DNA from: Deltaproteobacteria bacterium
GTDB taxonomy: Bacteria > Myxococcota_A > Polyangia > GCA-2747355
DNA length: 61,451 nucleotides
Assembly: GCA_019314525.1 (NCBI GenBank)
Contig: JAFCZD010000026.1
Location: 1-61,451 of the forward strand
Direction of reading: 5' to 3'
The notes below the pieces were generated by a model. That model worked only from the letters and a program-made list of their open reading frames with translations, had not been told where the DNA came from and searched no databases. Shown here piece by piece: positions 27,165 through 36,138 of the stretch (positions within the stretch are counted from its first letter, which is position 1; each line of letters opens with the position of its first letter). A program made the position numbers and the translations under genes.

Positions 27165-27509
27165 TCAGCGAGGTTCGAAGGTGGTGGGCAGGGGCTCTTC
27201 TGCAGGCGATGCCAAGGCCACCATGGTGCGCGGCGTTTCAAGATGCACGATCCGCTGCCCGGTTTTCGTTAGGGAGACCGCCATGCCTTCGAGGGCTGCC
27301 GAGAGCATCTTGGTGCGTGGGTTCACGGCCAGCTTGAGGAGGACCTTCGTTAGCGCGAAGGGGTCGCAGCGGAGCACCACCTTTGTGGTGTGTGCCTTCT
27401 TCCCTTTTTCAGCAGCGTTCGTCTCCACAGTTTTTGGTGCGGCGTTCGCCCAGGGGGAAAGAATCAGAGCCAAGGCCACCATCGACACAAGAGCTACAAC
27501 GCGGTGCAT
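27165..27509 (-). CDS. Small secreted hypothetical protein (114 aa).
   Basis: ATG 27509 with AAGGAGG 5 nt upstream. Signal peptide MHRVVALVSMVALALILSPWANA. Confidence 0.5.
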   Translation of the reverse strand: MHRVVALVSMVALALILSPWANAAPKTVETNAAEKGKKAHTTKVVLRCDPFALTKVLLKLAVNPRTKMLSAALEGMAVSLTKTGQRIVHLETPRTMVALASPAEEPLPTTFEPR

Positions 27510-27676
27510 CACGACCTCCTTGCCTTCCATAGGCAAGGAGAGCTGAAGCAAAGCGCATGCCTGTGTTGTGTTGCTTGATTTGACGGGATTTTTTGGCCGC
27601 TAGGCCCGCTGGCTGCAACCGAGGAGTGCACAGATCGGGGTCCATGGTCCCCAGCAGGCGTCCCGGCAGGGGAGTT

Positions 27677-28462
27677 CTAGGGTTGTAGGACCATGGCCTG
27701 CTGATGATTCAATGAGCGCTTGGCGTGGCGGTCGGTGACCTTGAAATGTGCGATGTAGGTCCCCGCCTCCTTGGGGAGGCGGATAGTCCCCGTGAGGGTG
27801 CCTACGGGCAGCCCCTTGGTGGGGATGGGTTTGTCGCTGCCTGCGAAGTTAGGCCGTGAGAAAACCGTCTTGCCATCCTTTGTGACCTTCAGATCGGTGA
27901 CAAAGAAGATCGTATCGTTCACCAGCTTCAGGCCATGTACTCGCAGCCGGAAGGCGATGGGCTGATCGAATTGGAAGATATTATTGCGCCGGTCTTTTCC
28001 CCCAGGCCTGTCAAGGAAGGTGAAGTGACCCACCTCGAAGTTGGCGTAGCGTGCGATTTTCTCCGCATGAGAGACAGCCTGCAGGGATTTGGCGAGATCG
28101 TCGCCTGTGAAGTTGAAGGAGACGATCTTGCTCTGCACTACAGAGATCTCTAGCGCCACGCTGCCCTTTTCATAGCGTAGCGTGTAGTCGCCCTTGCGCT
28201 TGTTTCCCATCTCCACCTTGATATGACGCATGGTGCGCTCTTTGAAGACACCAAGTTTTCTCAGGGCCTTGGAGACCCGTGTCAGCTGTGAAGCGGGGAA
28301 TTTCTCCCAGAGCAGGGGGTGGGTGATGGCTTTGAAGGCCTCATAGTTGCCACTCTCGGCGGCGACACGGAGCTGGGTTACCGACTGGTCGAGCTGCTTC
28401 TTGCTTCCACAGGCGGGGAAGGTGAGCAGCGCACAGACGAGGGCGGCTTTGGTCATTTGCAT
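27677..28462 (-). CDS. Hypothetical lipoprotein.
   Basis: MQMTKAALVCALLTFPACGSKK (signal peptide plus lipobox). The start is taken at ATG 28462 (or 28456) rather than the track start 28576. Confidence 0.6.
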   Translation of the reverse strand: MQMTKAALVCALLTFPACGSKKQLDQSVTQLRVAAESGNYEAFKAITHPLLWEKFPASQLTRVSKALRKLGVFKERTMRHIKVEMGNKRKGDYTLRYEKGSVALEISVVQSKIVSFNFTGDDLAKSLQAVSHAEKIARYANFEVGHFTFLDRPGGKDRRNNIFQFDQPIAFRLRVHGLKLVNDTIFFVTDLKVTKDGKTVFSRPNFAGSDKPIPTKGLPVGTLTGTIRLPKEAGTYIAHFKVTDRHAKRSLNHQQAMVLQP

Positions 28463-28574
28463 GCCCCACCCTATCATGGTGGTGTCGGAAGTGTTCCTTC
28501 GACACTCCATGAAAAAGCTGGCGGTTGGGGCCCTCCCTTGCCATGTTCCCGGAAAATCCGAGGGAGGCTGTCCC

Positions 28575-29987
28575 ATGTTTCACTTTCGCGTCCTCCGAAG
28601 CACTTTGGTGCTTGTCACGCTGACGCTCTGCGCGTGCACGGAGCGCAACCCTGGCTACATCGCTGACACCGATGGTGGTGCTGGTGGCGCTGATAGCGGC
28701 TTGAGTTGCGAAAATGAGTGCGTGGTGGGTAAGACGACCTGTTTGGGCGATCAGATCCAGCTTTGTCAGCTCTTGGAGGGCTGCGCTCGCTGGTCAGAGC
28801 CCCAAGCCTGCCCGCCAGACGAACCTTTTTGCAGTGAAGGTGCGTGTTCTGCTGCTTGTGAGGACGAATGTGAAGCAGAAACCCGGCGCTGTTCTGACCT
28901 AGGCTTTCAACGTTGTGGGCAGTCGGATTCAGATCCTTGCCTCGACTGGGAGCCTGCTATCAGTTGCGACGCGGGGGAGCACTGTGAAGACGGCGTCTGT
29001 GTTTTGAACTCTTGTGAAGCGTCTTGCGAGGGCAAAGCTTGTGGGGCCGACGACGGCTGCGGCTATCCTTGCGAGGTTGGGAGTTGCCCAACCCATGCGA
29101 GCTGTGTGCAGGCGAAGTGTGTGTGCGACGCGGTCGTGTGCGGGAGCGCCTGTTGTGCTCTGGGTCAGATCTGCAGCGCTGAGGGAGCGTGTGTTGTTTC
29201 GGATGTTTGTGAGCACAAATTCGTGCGTGGCGCCTCCGCCGTCAACGATCTGGTGACCCAGGGATGGATCCCCATCGCCTTCGCCGCGGATTCTGGTGGT
29301 GGTTCTTATGGTGCCTGGCTCGAGGGAGGCGGTGAATATCGCTACATCAGTACCAACGTGGCGGTCAACATCAGCTCAGTGGTGCTGTCGGGTGGCACCC
29401 TGGAGGCGTTTTACAACTTTGATCGGAACATGCCGTGGCATGGCGTGCTGATGGTCAAAGCTGGCGGGTACCAATTCTTTCGGGGGGAGAGCGCGGTCAA
29501 CGCCGCTGTGGCCAAGGGGTTTGAGGCCATTAGCTTCCACGCTTGGGCAAGCTCTCCTGGTTATAGCGCGTGGCTTTGGGGTGGTGACGAGTACCGCTAT
29601 GTGGACGCCGACTATCTGTCAGGGACCATCGCCGCGACGGTCAGCGCTGGAGGTGCCCTTGAAGCCTTCTACAAATTCGACGGTAACGGGAGTTGGTCAG
29701 GTGCGCTGGTGGAAAGAGCTGGTCAATACCAGTTCGCGTACGCCGAAGCAGGCGTCAACAAGGCCGTGGCCGACGGTTGGCACCCTTTGGTTTTTTTGGC
29801 CGATGCGAGCTATCCCACCAAGGCCGCCTGGCTCGAGGGCGCAGGGTCCTTTCGCTATGTGACCTCCAACGTGGAGCCGATGATCAGCACTGTGGTGGGC
29901 TCTGGCGGCAAGCTGCACGCCTTCTACAACTTCGACGGCAATGGGGCTTGGCATGGTGCGCTGATGCGCCGAGGGTGTTTGCCTTAG
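28575..29987 (+). CDS. Lipoprotein with a Cys-rich N-terminal region and three tandem copies of an uncharacterised domain of about 85 aa.
   Basis: ATG 28575 preceded by GAGGGAGG. Signal peptide plus lipobox LVLVTLTLCAC. The repeats begin FVRGASAVNDLVTQGW, FFRGESAVNAAVAKGF and FAYAEAGVNKAVADGW. Each ends ...LEAFYNFDxNxxWxGxL. Confidence 0.7.
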   Translation: MFHFRVLRSTLVLVTLTLCACTERNPGYIADTDGGAGGADSGLSCENECVVGKTTCLGDQIQLCQLLEGCARWSEPQACPPDEPFCSEGACSAACEDECEAETRRCSDLGFQRCGQSDSDPCLDWEPAISCDAGEHCEDGVCVLNSCEASCEGKACGADDGCGYPCEVGSCPTHASCVQAKCVCDAVVCGSACCALGQICSAEGACVVSDVCEHKFVRGASAVNDLVTQGWIPIAFAADSGGGSYGAWLEGGGEYRYISTNVAVNISSVVLSGGTLEAFYNFDRNMPWHGVLMVKAGGYQFFRGESAVNAAVAKGFEAISFHAWASSPGYSAWLWGGDEYRYVDADYLSGTIAATVSAGGALEAFYKFDGNGSWSGALVERAGQYQFAYAEAGVNKAVADGWHPLVFLADASYPTKAAWLEGAGSFRYVTSNVEPMISTVVGSGGKLHAFYNFDGNGAWHGALMRRGCLP

Positions 29988-30004
29988 GGACCCTTAGCGG
30001 TCAG

Positions 30005-31315
30005 CTACGAAGTTGGGTCCAACACCCGGCCCACAAAGAGGATCGCCCCTGTGGCGTGATCTTGAATCAAAAAAACGAAGGGCCGGTCGACGCTCACCGT
30101 CATGGGAGTAGAAATAGAGGTCCGTTCATCGACCACAACGGCGGTGGCTGCTGCTGCTTCAGTGCCCTCTTCGTTGACCTTGACGAAGGCCTTGTGCACC
30201 ACGGCGCTGACGAAAAGATTGCGCGAGCCATCAAGCCCAGAGAGGTCTGCTTGTCCAGGCGAGAAAGCATGGACCATGCCCAGCTCTTCGAGGGTCTCCT
30301 TCAATCCGAAGGCGCTCTCGGTCTCGAATTTCGGCAGGGTGAGCGTGATCCCCGACTCTTGCGCTGCTGCAAGCGCCTCTTTGAGCCCTGTGGCCGTCAA
30401 AGTCGCCTCCACCTCATTGAAGGCCCCCGCATCTGGTAAGAGCACGACCATGGACAGCTCTTCGCCATCATAGGGTAGCTCCACCACCTGCAATTTTCCC
30501 ACGCGCGCATGACGACCGGACATCATGCCGTGCATCAATGGGACTGTCTTTTCACTGCCATCGACGAGGGTGAAGGTGCCGTTGGTGGTGTTACTCGCCT
30601 CGAAGGGCGTTGCCCAGGCGGCGTTGAAATAGATGGCGTTGGTAAGCACCAAGCGCGTCATGCTGCTGATGACGCCCTCGGCCAGCAACTCCTTGATGCG
30701 GTCTTCTGTCTGCTCCTCCACCCACGCGTTGATCACCTGCCGGCTCCCCTCGGGATCGATAGAAAAATCCATCACACGCAACCCGGCCGCGTAGTTGAGC
30801 GCCAGGGTATCGAGGTAGTCGGGTAAGAAGGTGTAGTCGCGCTGACCCCACAAGGCGTTGACCACGTTGAGGCGAAAGGGCTGGCCATCGGCCGCCTTGG
30901 CCCCTTCTCCACGGCTCTCTAACTCGAGGTCGAGCTTGTTGAAGGCTGGGTGCAGCTGCGCTTGAGGCAGCACAAAATGCAACGTCTCGGCGATCTGTGT
31001 CTCTGTGGTCCCGCGCGCTCCAGCGTGCAGCATCGCCAAGGCCATGCTGATGCTGTGGGGCGAGTAGAAGATGTTGCCTTCTTCTGTACGGAGCTGGGCG
31101 TAGAGGTCGAACGCGAAGGCGCTGTTGCCTGCGATTTGCTGGGAAAAATCGTCTTCCATGATCTGCGGAGAGGTGACGCGCTCTTTGTTTGAGCGCACCT
31201 CCTCTGGCTCGGGCATGGAGGGGGCTTCGTCGTTCCCGCAAGCGCTAAGGGTGGCGATGGTTAGAGCCAGAGCCAAAGATATGTGTGTCACGAGATGAAA
31301 GGTTGAGCGATGCAT
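30005..31315 (-). CDS. Serpin (serine protease inhibitor) with a lipoprotein signal.
   Basis: FAFDLYAQL...NIFYSPHSISMALAMLHAGARGTT. Hinge and reactive-centre loop VNEEGTEAAAATAVVVDERTSIS. C-terminal DRPFVFLIQDHATGAILFVGRV. Lipobox ATLSAC. AAGGAG lies 7 nt upstream of the ATG. Confidence 0.9.
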   Translation of the reverse strand: MHRSTFHLVTHISLALALTIATLSACGNDEAPSMPEPEEVRSNKERVTSPQIMEDDFSQQIAGNSAFAFDLYAQLRTEEGNIFYSPHSISMALAMLHAGARGTTETQIAETLHFVLPQAQLHPAFNKLDLELESRGEGAKAADGQPFRLNVVNALWGQRDYTFLPDYLDTLALNYAAGLRVMDFSIDPEGSRQVINAWVEEQTEDRIKELLAEGVISSMTRLVLTNAIYFNAAWATPFEASNTTNGTFTLVDGSEKTVPLMHGMMSGRHARVGKLQVVELPYDGEELSMVVLLPDAGAFNEVEATLTATGLKEALAAAQESGITLTLPKFETESAFGLKETLEELGMVHAFSPGQADLSGLDGSRNLFVSAVVHKAFVKVNEEGTEAAAATAVVVDERTSISTPMTVSVDRPFVFLIQDHATGAILFVGRVLDPTS

Positions 31316-31487
31316 GGTGAGTCTCCTTGCTGGCGGTCAAAGCAAGACACAGGCCAAGGAGTTGTCCATGTTGTTTCAGCATCTTATGTCGTATGAGTCT
31401 TGAGTTTTTCGCCACCAGCGGTGGCGCCAACCACAGTTTTTCGAGGTGGTTTCAGACTGCTCTCCGGCTATCGTGGGTACATTCAGA

Positions 31488-32858
31488 TCAGCGCCAGCGC
31501 ATCTTCTTTCCACGAATCTTCCACCAGGTGAAGAGTCGCTGAGCCTCACGCTGGTAGTGCGCGTCCCGATTGACGATCACTGTGGCGTGCTGGTGCCGGT
31601 TTCCAACCCTGCGATAGCTCCGGTTGAAATCATATCCTTTCAGATGAGCCAACGTGACCACCGCCATGGCCGAGACTCGAAAAGCATTGTGCATGTTGGT
31701 CTTGCTGTTTTTGGGGTTACGCAAGTATCGTTTCAAGAACGCTACCAACTTGGGCACGGCGGGTCGGTAGCCCAAGGACATGAGGCTCTGGGCGCTTTCA
31801 GCCACGGCATCAAGGGAGTTATCTCTCAGGCCCCTCAGCAGAAGGGGGGCTGTCCAAATCATCAGCGGCGGGCGAGGCCCTCGCCGCTGTGAAGAAGACG
31901 CCAAAGGCCCTCGTGACGAAGGCCCCTCTTTGTTCAGAGCTGCGTAGAAGACGCGCCGCACGTTCTCGTCTTTGTCCCGCGTTATTTTGCGGAGGACTTT
32001 CAGGTCGTCCTGTCTTAGCCCCTGGTCTCGTAATCCCACGAGAGCGTGAATACGTACTTGTACCCTGGGGTGCTTCAAGGCTCGCAGGAAGAGAGCTCGC
32101 AACGGCTTCTGCAGGCTCTTGGTGTTGCAATGTGCGAGGCGCGACATGCCGTGACTCCAATACGGGCTGCGAAGATCGGCCTTCAGCAGGCGCGTGATGA
32201 GCCATCGTGTCATCCATGGCTCAAACCTTGGAAGATAGTTGTGGGCCAGACGCGCCGTGTCATCAGCGTTTCCAAGGGCCTTGAGCAGCACCTGCACCGC
32301 GCGTTGCCAAATCGTCGCAGGCTTGCCTATCTTCTTTTTCGCCAGCGCCCCGGCGGCGTGGACTCGCGCGAAGGCGGGTGAAGGCGTTTCGAGCAGTTTG
32401 ATCAGCATTCCATGCCCGTGCTTCGTATTTGGACCAAGCACGCCAGCTGCCCAGAGCGCCTTCCAGGTGGCCTTGGGGTCTGGAAGGGTGATGTGGCGCA
32501 GGAGCCTCTGCAGATCTTTCCGACGCAGCTGGCCGTTCTGCTCCTGTCGCAAGGGAGTGAAGGCCGCCTGGCTCAGGCTCGCGTCCTCAGAGAAGGTGAG
32601 CAGCACCAGATCGGCAGCACGGCAGAGCTTCTTCAGCTCGTGAGGCAGCTTGATCAACGTGGCCGAGTTGGGGAGGCTCATGAGCTTGCGCTGCTGCGCG
32701 TGGTAGCGCGCCACCAAGGTGCGCACCTGCGCGAGCACTTTCGGGGAGAGACCTTTGACGGGCTCGAGTGGGTCGCTGCTCTCAGCGCGGGCCAGGGATG
32801 CCAACTGCAGGGAAGACACAAGGAGCAGAAATAACCAGAGCTTTAGAGCTGTCGTCAT
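31488..32858 (-). CDS. Secreted HEAT/armadillo-like repeat protein.
   Basis: Signal peptide MTTALKLWLFLLLVSSLQLASLARA. All-helical repeat-like sequence with HEAT-like units (HPRVQVRIHALVGLRD, DENVRRVFYAAL). Confidence 0.55.
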   Translation of the reverse strand: MTTALKLWLFLLLVSSLQLASLARAESSDPLEPVKGLSPKVLAQVRTLVARYHAQQRKLMSLPNSATLIKLPHELKKLCRAADLVLLTFSEDASLSQAAFTPLRQEQNGQLRRKDLQRLLRHITLPDPKATWKALWAAGVLGPNTKHGHGMLIKLLETPSPAFARVHAAGALAKKKIGKPATIWQRAVQVLLKALGNADDTARLAHNYLPRFEPWMTRWLITRLLKADLRSPYWSHGMSRLAHCNTKSLQKPLRALFLRALKHPRVQVRIHALVGLRDQGLRQDDLKVLRKITRDKDENVRRVFYAALNKEGPSSRGPLASSSQRRGPRPPLMIWTAPLLLRGLRDNSLDAVAESAQSLMSLGYRPAVPKLVAFLKRYLRNPKNSKTNMHNAFRVSAMAVVTLAHLKGYDFNRSYRRVGNRHQHATVIVNRDAHYQREAQRLFTWWKIRGKKMRWR

Positions 32859-32870
32859 GGAAGAAACTCT

Positions 32871-35495
32871 CTACTCGCTAGGCATCATGTGCAAGGGCAT
32901 GCCAAGAAACTCAGAGCACAGCTTCTGCTGGAGCACCCTAAGTCGGGACAGCACATTGTGGAGGTTTTGCCGCTCCACCTCCGTCAGCATCCCAAGGTCG
33001 AAGCTATCGTTGACCTGCTTGAGGTCAGCGTGAGAGAGCAGTTGATTGTAGAAGCGCATGCGCCAGAGGTAGTTGAAGATATAGACGCTCTCATCGATGA
33101 TTCCTTGGGGCAGCGCGCCCATTTCTCCCAGCTTCATTAGCCGACCAAGGGTGCTCCTCTCGATAACCCTGTGTTTGAGCGCGTGGACTCGGACAAAGAT
33201 CTCTACGGGCTTGAGGCACTCTTTGATGTTGATGGTTCCAGGGTTTTCCTCTTGCTCGGCGCGTTTTTTTGCTGTGCGCTTCTTGTCCACGCGTCTTTTG
33301 CTGAGAAGATCAAGTGGTGCCTTGTAGAGCAGGCAATTGCGGGAGAAGTGCATGAAGAAGGTTGTATTATCTTCTGTGAGGTCGTGGATATGCTCCGTCA
33401 GCGCGTCGGCGATCTCCTGCTCTCCGTAGATGCAGTGGATGTCGAAGAACACATTGAACTCGAGGATCGACTTCGGTGTTGCGTTGTTGACCCACTCCCC
33501 AAAACGAGACTTCCATGCAGATAAGGGCATGCACCACTGGGGATTGACCGCCATGATGCCACCTGGGCAATAGGGGTAACCCACCTCGTTCAGGTTTGAG
33601 CAGACGTGGTCAGAGAGTTCGAGAAAATACTTCGTGACGTCTTCTTTCTTGCCTGGGCTGACGTCCGCGAATACGAGGGCGTTGTCCTGGTCCGAGAACA
33701 TCGTCATTTCATGGCGAGCGTTGCTGCCGAGGGCGAGGAACGCGAAGGGAACAGGCGCTTTGCCCACCTCTTTCAGGGCCATCTTCATCAAGCTTGCCAC
33801 GGATGCATCGAAGGTTTCACCAATGGTGTGTCGCAGCAGGCCTGGGCGTACGCCTTGGTCGGCCATCTCTCTCACCAGCAGTGAGAGCCGATTGAGGGTC
33901 TCCACTATCTGACCCACGCTCTTGCTCTCCTCGAGTTCCTTGAGGACGCCAGCCCCTTCCTCTCGCTGGGATGAGGCGTCCACAAAAGATTCGAGCAGGC
34001 TCCTGACGCGCGTACGCCGCACGAGGCGGAAGGAGATGACGTGCCCGTTCTTCTGCGAGAAGAATATCTTCGAGATGCTCACCATCACATCGACGACGCC
34101 ACCACTGCCGGCAGCGAGCTGCGCTGGGAAGCTACTGGCCCTTGCCTCTCCATCGCTAAGCTTCATCAGGTGTTCCCGGGCCGACTCGTTTGCAGGGGCA
34201 CCGGGGACGAGGAGATCCCAAACCTTCCGCGCCGCGAGCTCCTCTGCGCTCAGGCCGAGCATTCGTTGCAGTGTTCGATTGGAGTAGATGCACTCGCCCT
34301 CGATGTCGAGGATGTATCCTTCTTTCGAGGCGTCAACCAGAGCGCGATAGCGCTCTTTCGCCTCATGCAAACCCATCTGGGCGCTGATCCTCTCCTCCGA
34401 GATTTTTCGGCTCTGCAAGACGACGCTCAACAACATAATTGCCAGCGCCGCACCGATCAGGATGAAGAGGGTACTCAAGTTCCTGGTGAGGCGATCAATC
34501 TCGGTCTGCACGTCATCAAGATAGATCCCGGTGCCAATAATCCAGCCCCAGGACGGAACACCTCTGACATAAGAGAGCTTGGGTCCGGTGCGGCTCGGGT
34601 CGTCCTTCCATTGCCACAGATATTCCATATACCCTGCCCCTTGCTTGCGGACGATGTGCACCGCCTCCACAAAGAGCTTCTTGCCTCCCTGCCCCTTTGT
34701 GTCGGTGTAGCTCTCGAGGTCAGCGCCGACGAGATCTGGACGATAAGGATGCATGACCATCATGGGGTGCATGTCGGTGATCCAGAAGTAGTCTTTGCCC
34801 TTGGCGCCATATCGCATGGCGCGGACCTTCGCTGCCGCGAGCTCTTGCGCTTTGTTCTTCGAGAGCTTGCCTTGCTGCTCTTGTTGAGCATAAGACTCAA
34901 CGACGCTCACCGCCGCAGAGGTCAGCTCTCGGACCATCGTCTTCTTTCCATCGAGCATAGTGCTGCGAAAAGCAGGGATGACGAAAGCAAAGACGGAGGT
35001 GACGAAGAGCACGATGGTGGCGAGGGTGGGGAGGATGATCCTCAGCCGGAACCCAGTCCCAAGGCGCTTGGCATGCAGCTGATGTTGTGAGTATGCCTGC
35101 CCCTTGAAATACTCCGAGAGTTCAGCTGGGTTGAGGATGCGCTCAGCCTTCGCTTGCTCTTCGCTATCGTGATATTTTTCGGTGAACGTGCCGTTTTCGA
35201 AGTCCTCCCGATGAGGGAGATAGCCATCATAATCATCACGAATATGGCACTCGAACACGGCGCGCACCTGCTCAGGCGTGTACTTGCCAGCGAATTCGTC
35301 ACAGGCGTCTTTGATCGCCTCCTGGCAGTGCCTGAATTTTCGGTGGTCGTAGGGGTCGTAGTCAGGCGATCGTCCCAAGCGCAGCAGCTGGTCGAAACCC
35401 TCCGCGTCGAAGAGATCGTCGATCCATTTGTGGATGTCTTCGGCCCGGAGGCCGACGAGTTTTTCGCTGCGGTCGGCATGCTCGGAGATTCTCAT
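32871..35495 (-). CDS. Membrane sensor: unknown N-terminal cytoplasmic domain, TM, Cache_2-like extracytoplasmic domain, TM, PAS, and a DUF294-type putative nucleotidyltransferase with its C-terminal substrate-binding domain.
   Basis: Cache-like: GKDYFWITDMHPMMVMHPYRPDLVG...WGWIIGTGIYLDD. PAS-like: EGYILDIEGECIYSNRTLQRMLG. DUF294-like: PFAFLALGSNARHEMTMFSDQDNALVF ... LEFNVFFDIHCIYG. Confidence 0.7.
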   Translation of the reverse strand: MRISEHADRSEKLVGLRAEDIHKWIDDLFDAEGFDQLLRLGRSPDYDPYDHRKFRHCQEAIKDACDEFAGKYTPEQVRAVFECHIRDDYDGYLPHREDFENGTFTEKYHDSEEQAKAERILNPAELSEYFKGQAYSQHQLHAKRLGTGFRLRIILPTLATIVLFVTSVFAFVIPAFRSTMLDGKKTMVRELTSAAVSVVESYAQQEQQGKLSKNKAQELAAAKVRAMRYGAKGKDYFWITDMHPMMVMHPYRPDLVGADLESYTDTKGQGGKKLFVEAVHIVRKQGAGYMEYLWQWKDDPSRTGPKLSYVRGVPSWGWIIGTGIYLDDVQTEIDRLTRNLSTLFILIGAALAIMLLSVVLQSRKISEERISAQMGLHEAKERYRALVDASKEGYILDIEGECIYSNRTLQRMLGLSAEELAARKVWDLLVPGAPANESAREHLMKLSDGEARASSFPAQLAAGSGGVVDVMVSISKIFFSQKNGHVISFRLVRRTRVRSLLESFVDASSQREEGAGVLKELEESKSVGQIVETLNRLSLLVREMADQGVRPGLLRHTIGETFDASVASLMKMALKEVGKAPVPFAFLALGSNARHEMTMFSDQDNALVFADVSPGKKEDVTKYFLELSDHVCSNLNEVGYPYCPGGIMAVNPQWCMPLSAWKSRFGEWVNNATPKSILEFNVFFDIHCIYGEQEIADALTEHIHDLTEDNTTFFMHFSRNCLLYKAPLDLLSKRRVDKKRTAKKRAEQEENPGTINIKECLKPVEIFVRVHALKHRVIERSTLGRLMKLGEMGALPQGIIDESVYIFNYLWRMRFYNQLLSHADLKQVNDSFDLGMLTEVERQNLHNVLSRLRVLQQKLCSEFLGMPLHMMPSE

Positions 35496-35523
35496 CGGCT
35501 GCCTTCTGGGGGTGAAAGAGATC

Positions 35524-36132
35524 CTAGACGACGTCGTCGGTTCTCATGAGGGCTGTCTTCACCCGTTGGCGGGTGAAATAGATCAGCAAGATGATCGGGT
35601 AGGGCAAGTACAAGAGCAGCTTGGCGAGGGCTAGCACTACGGAGCCGGTCATGATTCCGGTGACCATGGCCATGAGCTGCGCTTGGTGCCCGCCTCCCTG
35701 GGCGGCTGCGTCAAGGGCGGTCTGCAAGATGACAGAGTTGGGGTGGACCCAAAGGACCTCGATCCAGCCGATGGCGAAGAGCACCAAGAGCCCGCCGCAT
35801 GCCCAGCCCAGCGTCCATGGCCGCGCCCAAGGGCGGTAGCGTAGCTGGCCGAGGCTGATCATAAAGAGCGCCAGAGACATCAGCGCCAAAGCACCAGCGG
35901 TCACCGCCTTGGGCACGCGCGTCCTTTCGTAGAAGCTGACGATCGCCTCCTGGGCGGCCTTGGCGTCTCCCATCTCCCTTGCGTACATCGCGCCCTCGAG
36001 CTGAGGAGAGTAGGTCGCCATGGAGAGGCTCTTGATGAGCACCGAGATGAAAACCAGGCAGGAGAAGATGATCGAGAGGATGCCAAAGACGCGGGGCACG
36101 AGACTCCTGGGAGCTGTTGTTTCCAAGGTCAT
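35524..36132 (-). CDS. Integral membrane protein (about 4 TM), uncharacterised.
   Basis: 202-aa ORF with hydrophobic segments VFGILSIIFSCLVFISVLI, AGALALMSLALFMISL, WACGGLLVLFAIGWI and GSVVLALAKLLLYLPYPIILLIYF. Confidence 0.6.
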   Translation of the reverse strand: MTLETTAPRSLVPRVFGILSIIFSCLVFISVLIKSLSMATYSPQLEGAMYAREMGDAKAAQEAIVSFYERTRVPKAVTAGALALMSLALFMISLGQLRYRPWARPWTLGWACGGLLVLFAIGWIEVLWVHPNSVILQTALDAAAQGGGHQAQLMAMVTGIMTGSVVLALAKLLLYLPYPIILLIYFTRQRVKTALMRTDDVV

Positions 36133-36138
36133 ACGCTT

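Noticed and set aside
34041-35090. 349-aa plus-strand ORF opposite the Cache-PAS-DUF294 gene.
   Set aside because: It is an antisense shadow with no recognisable domains.
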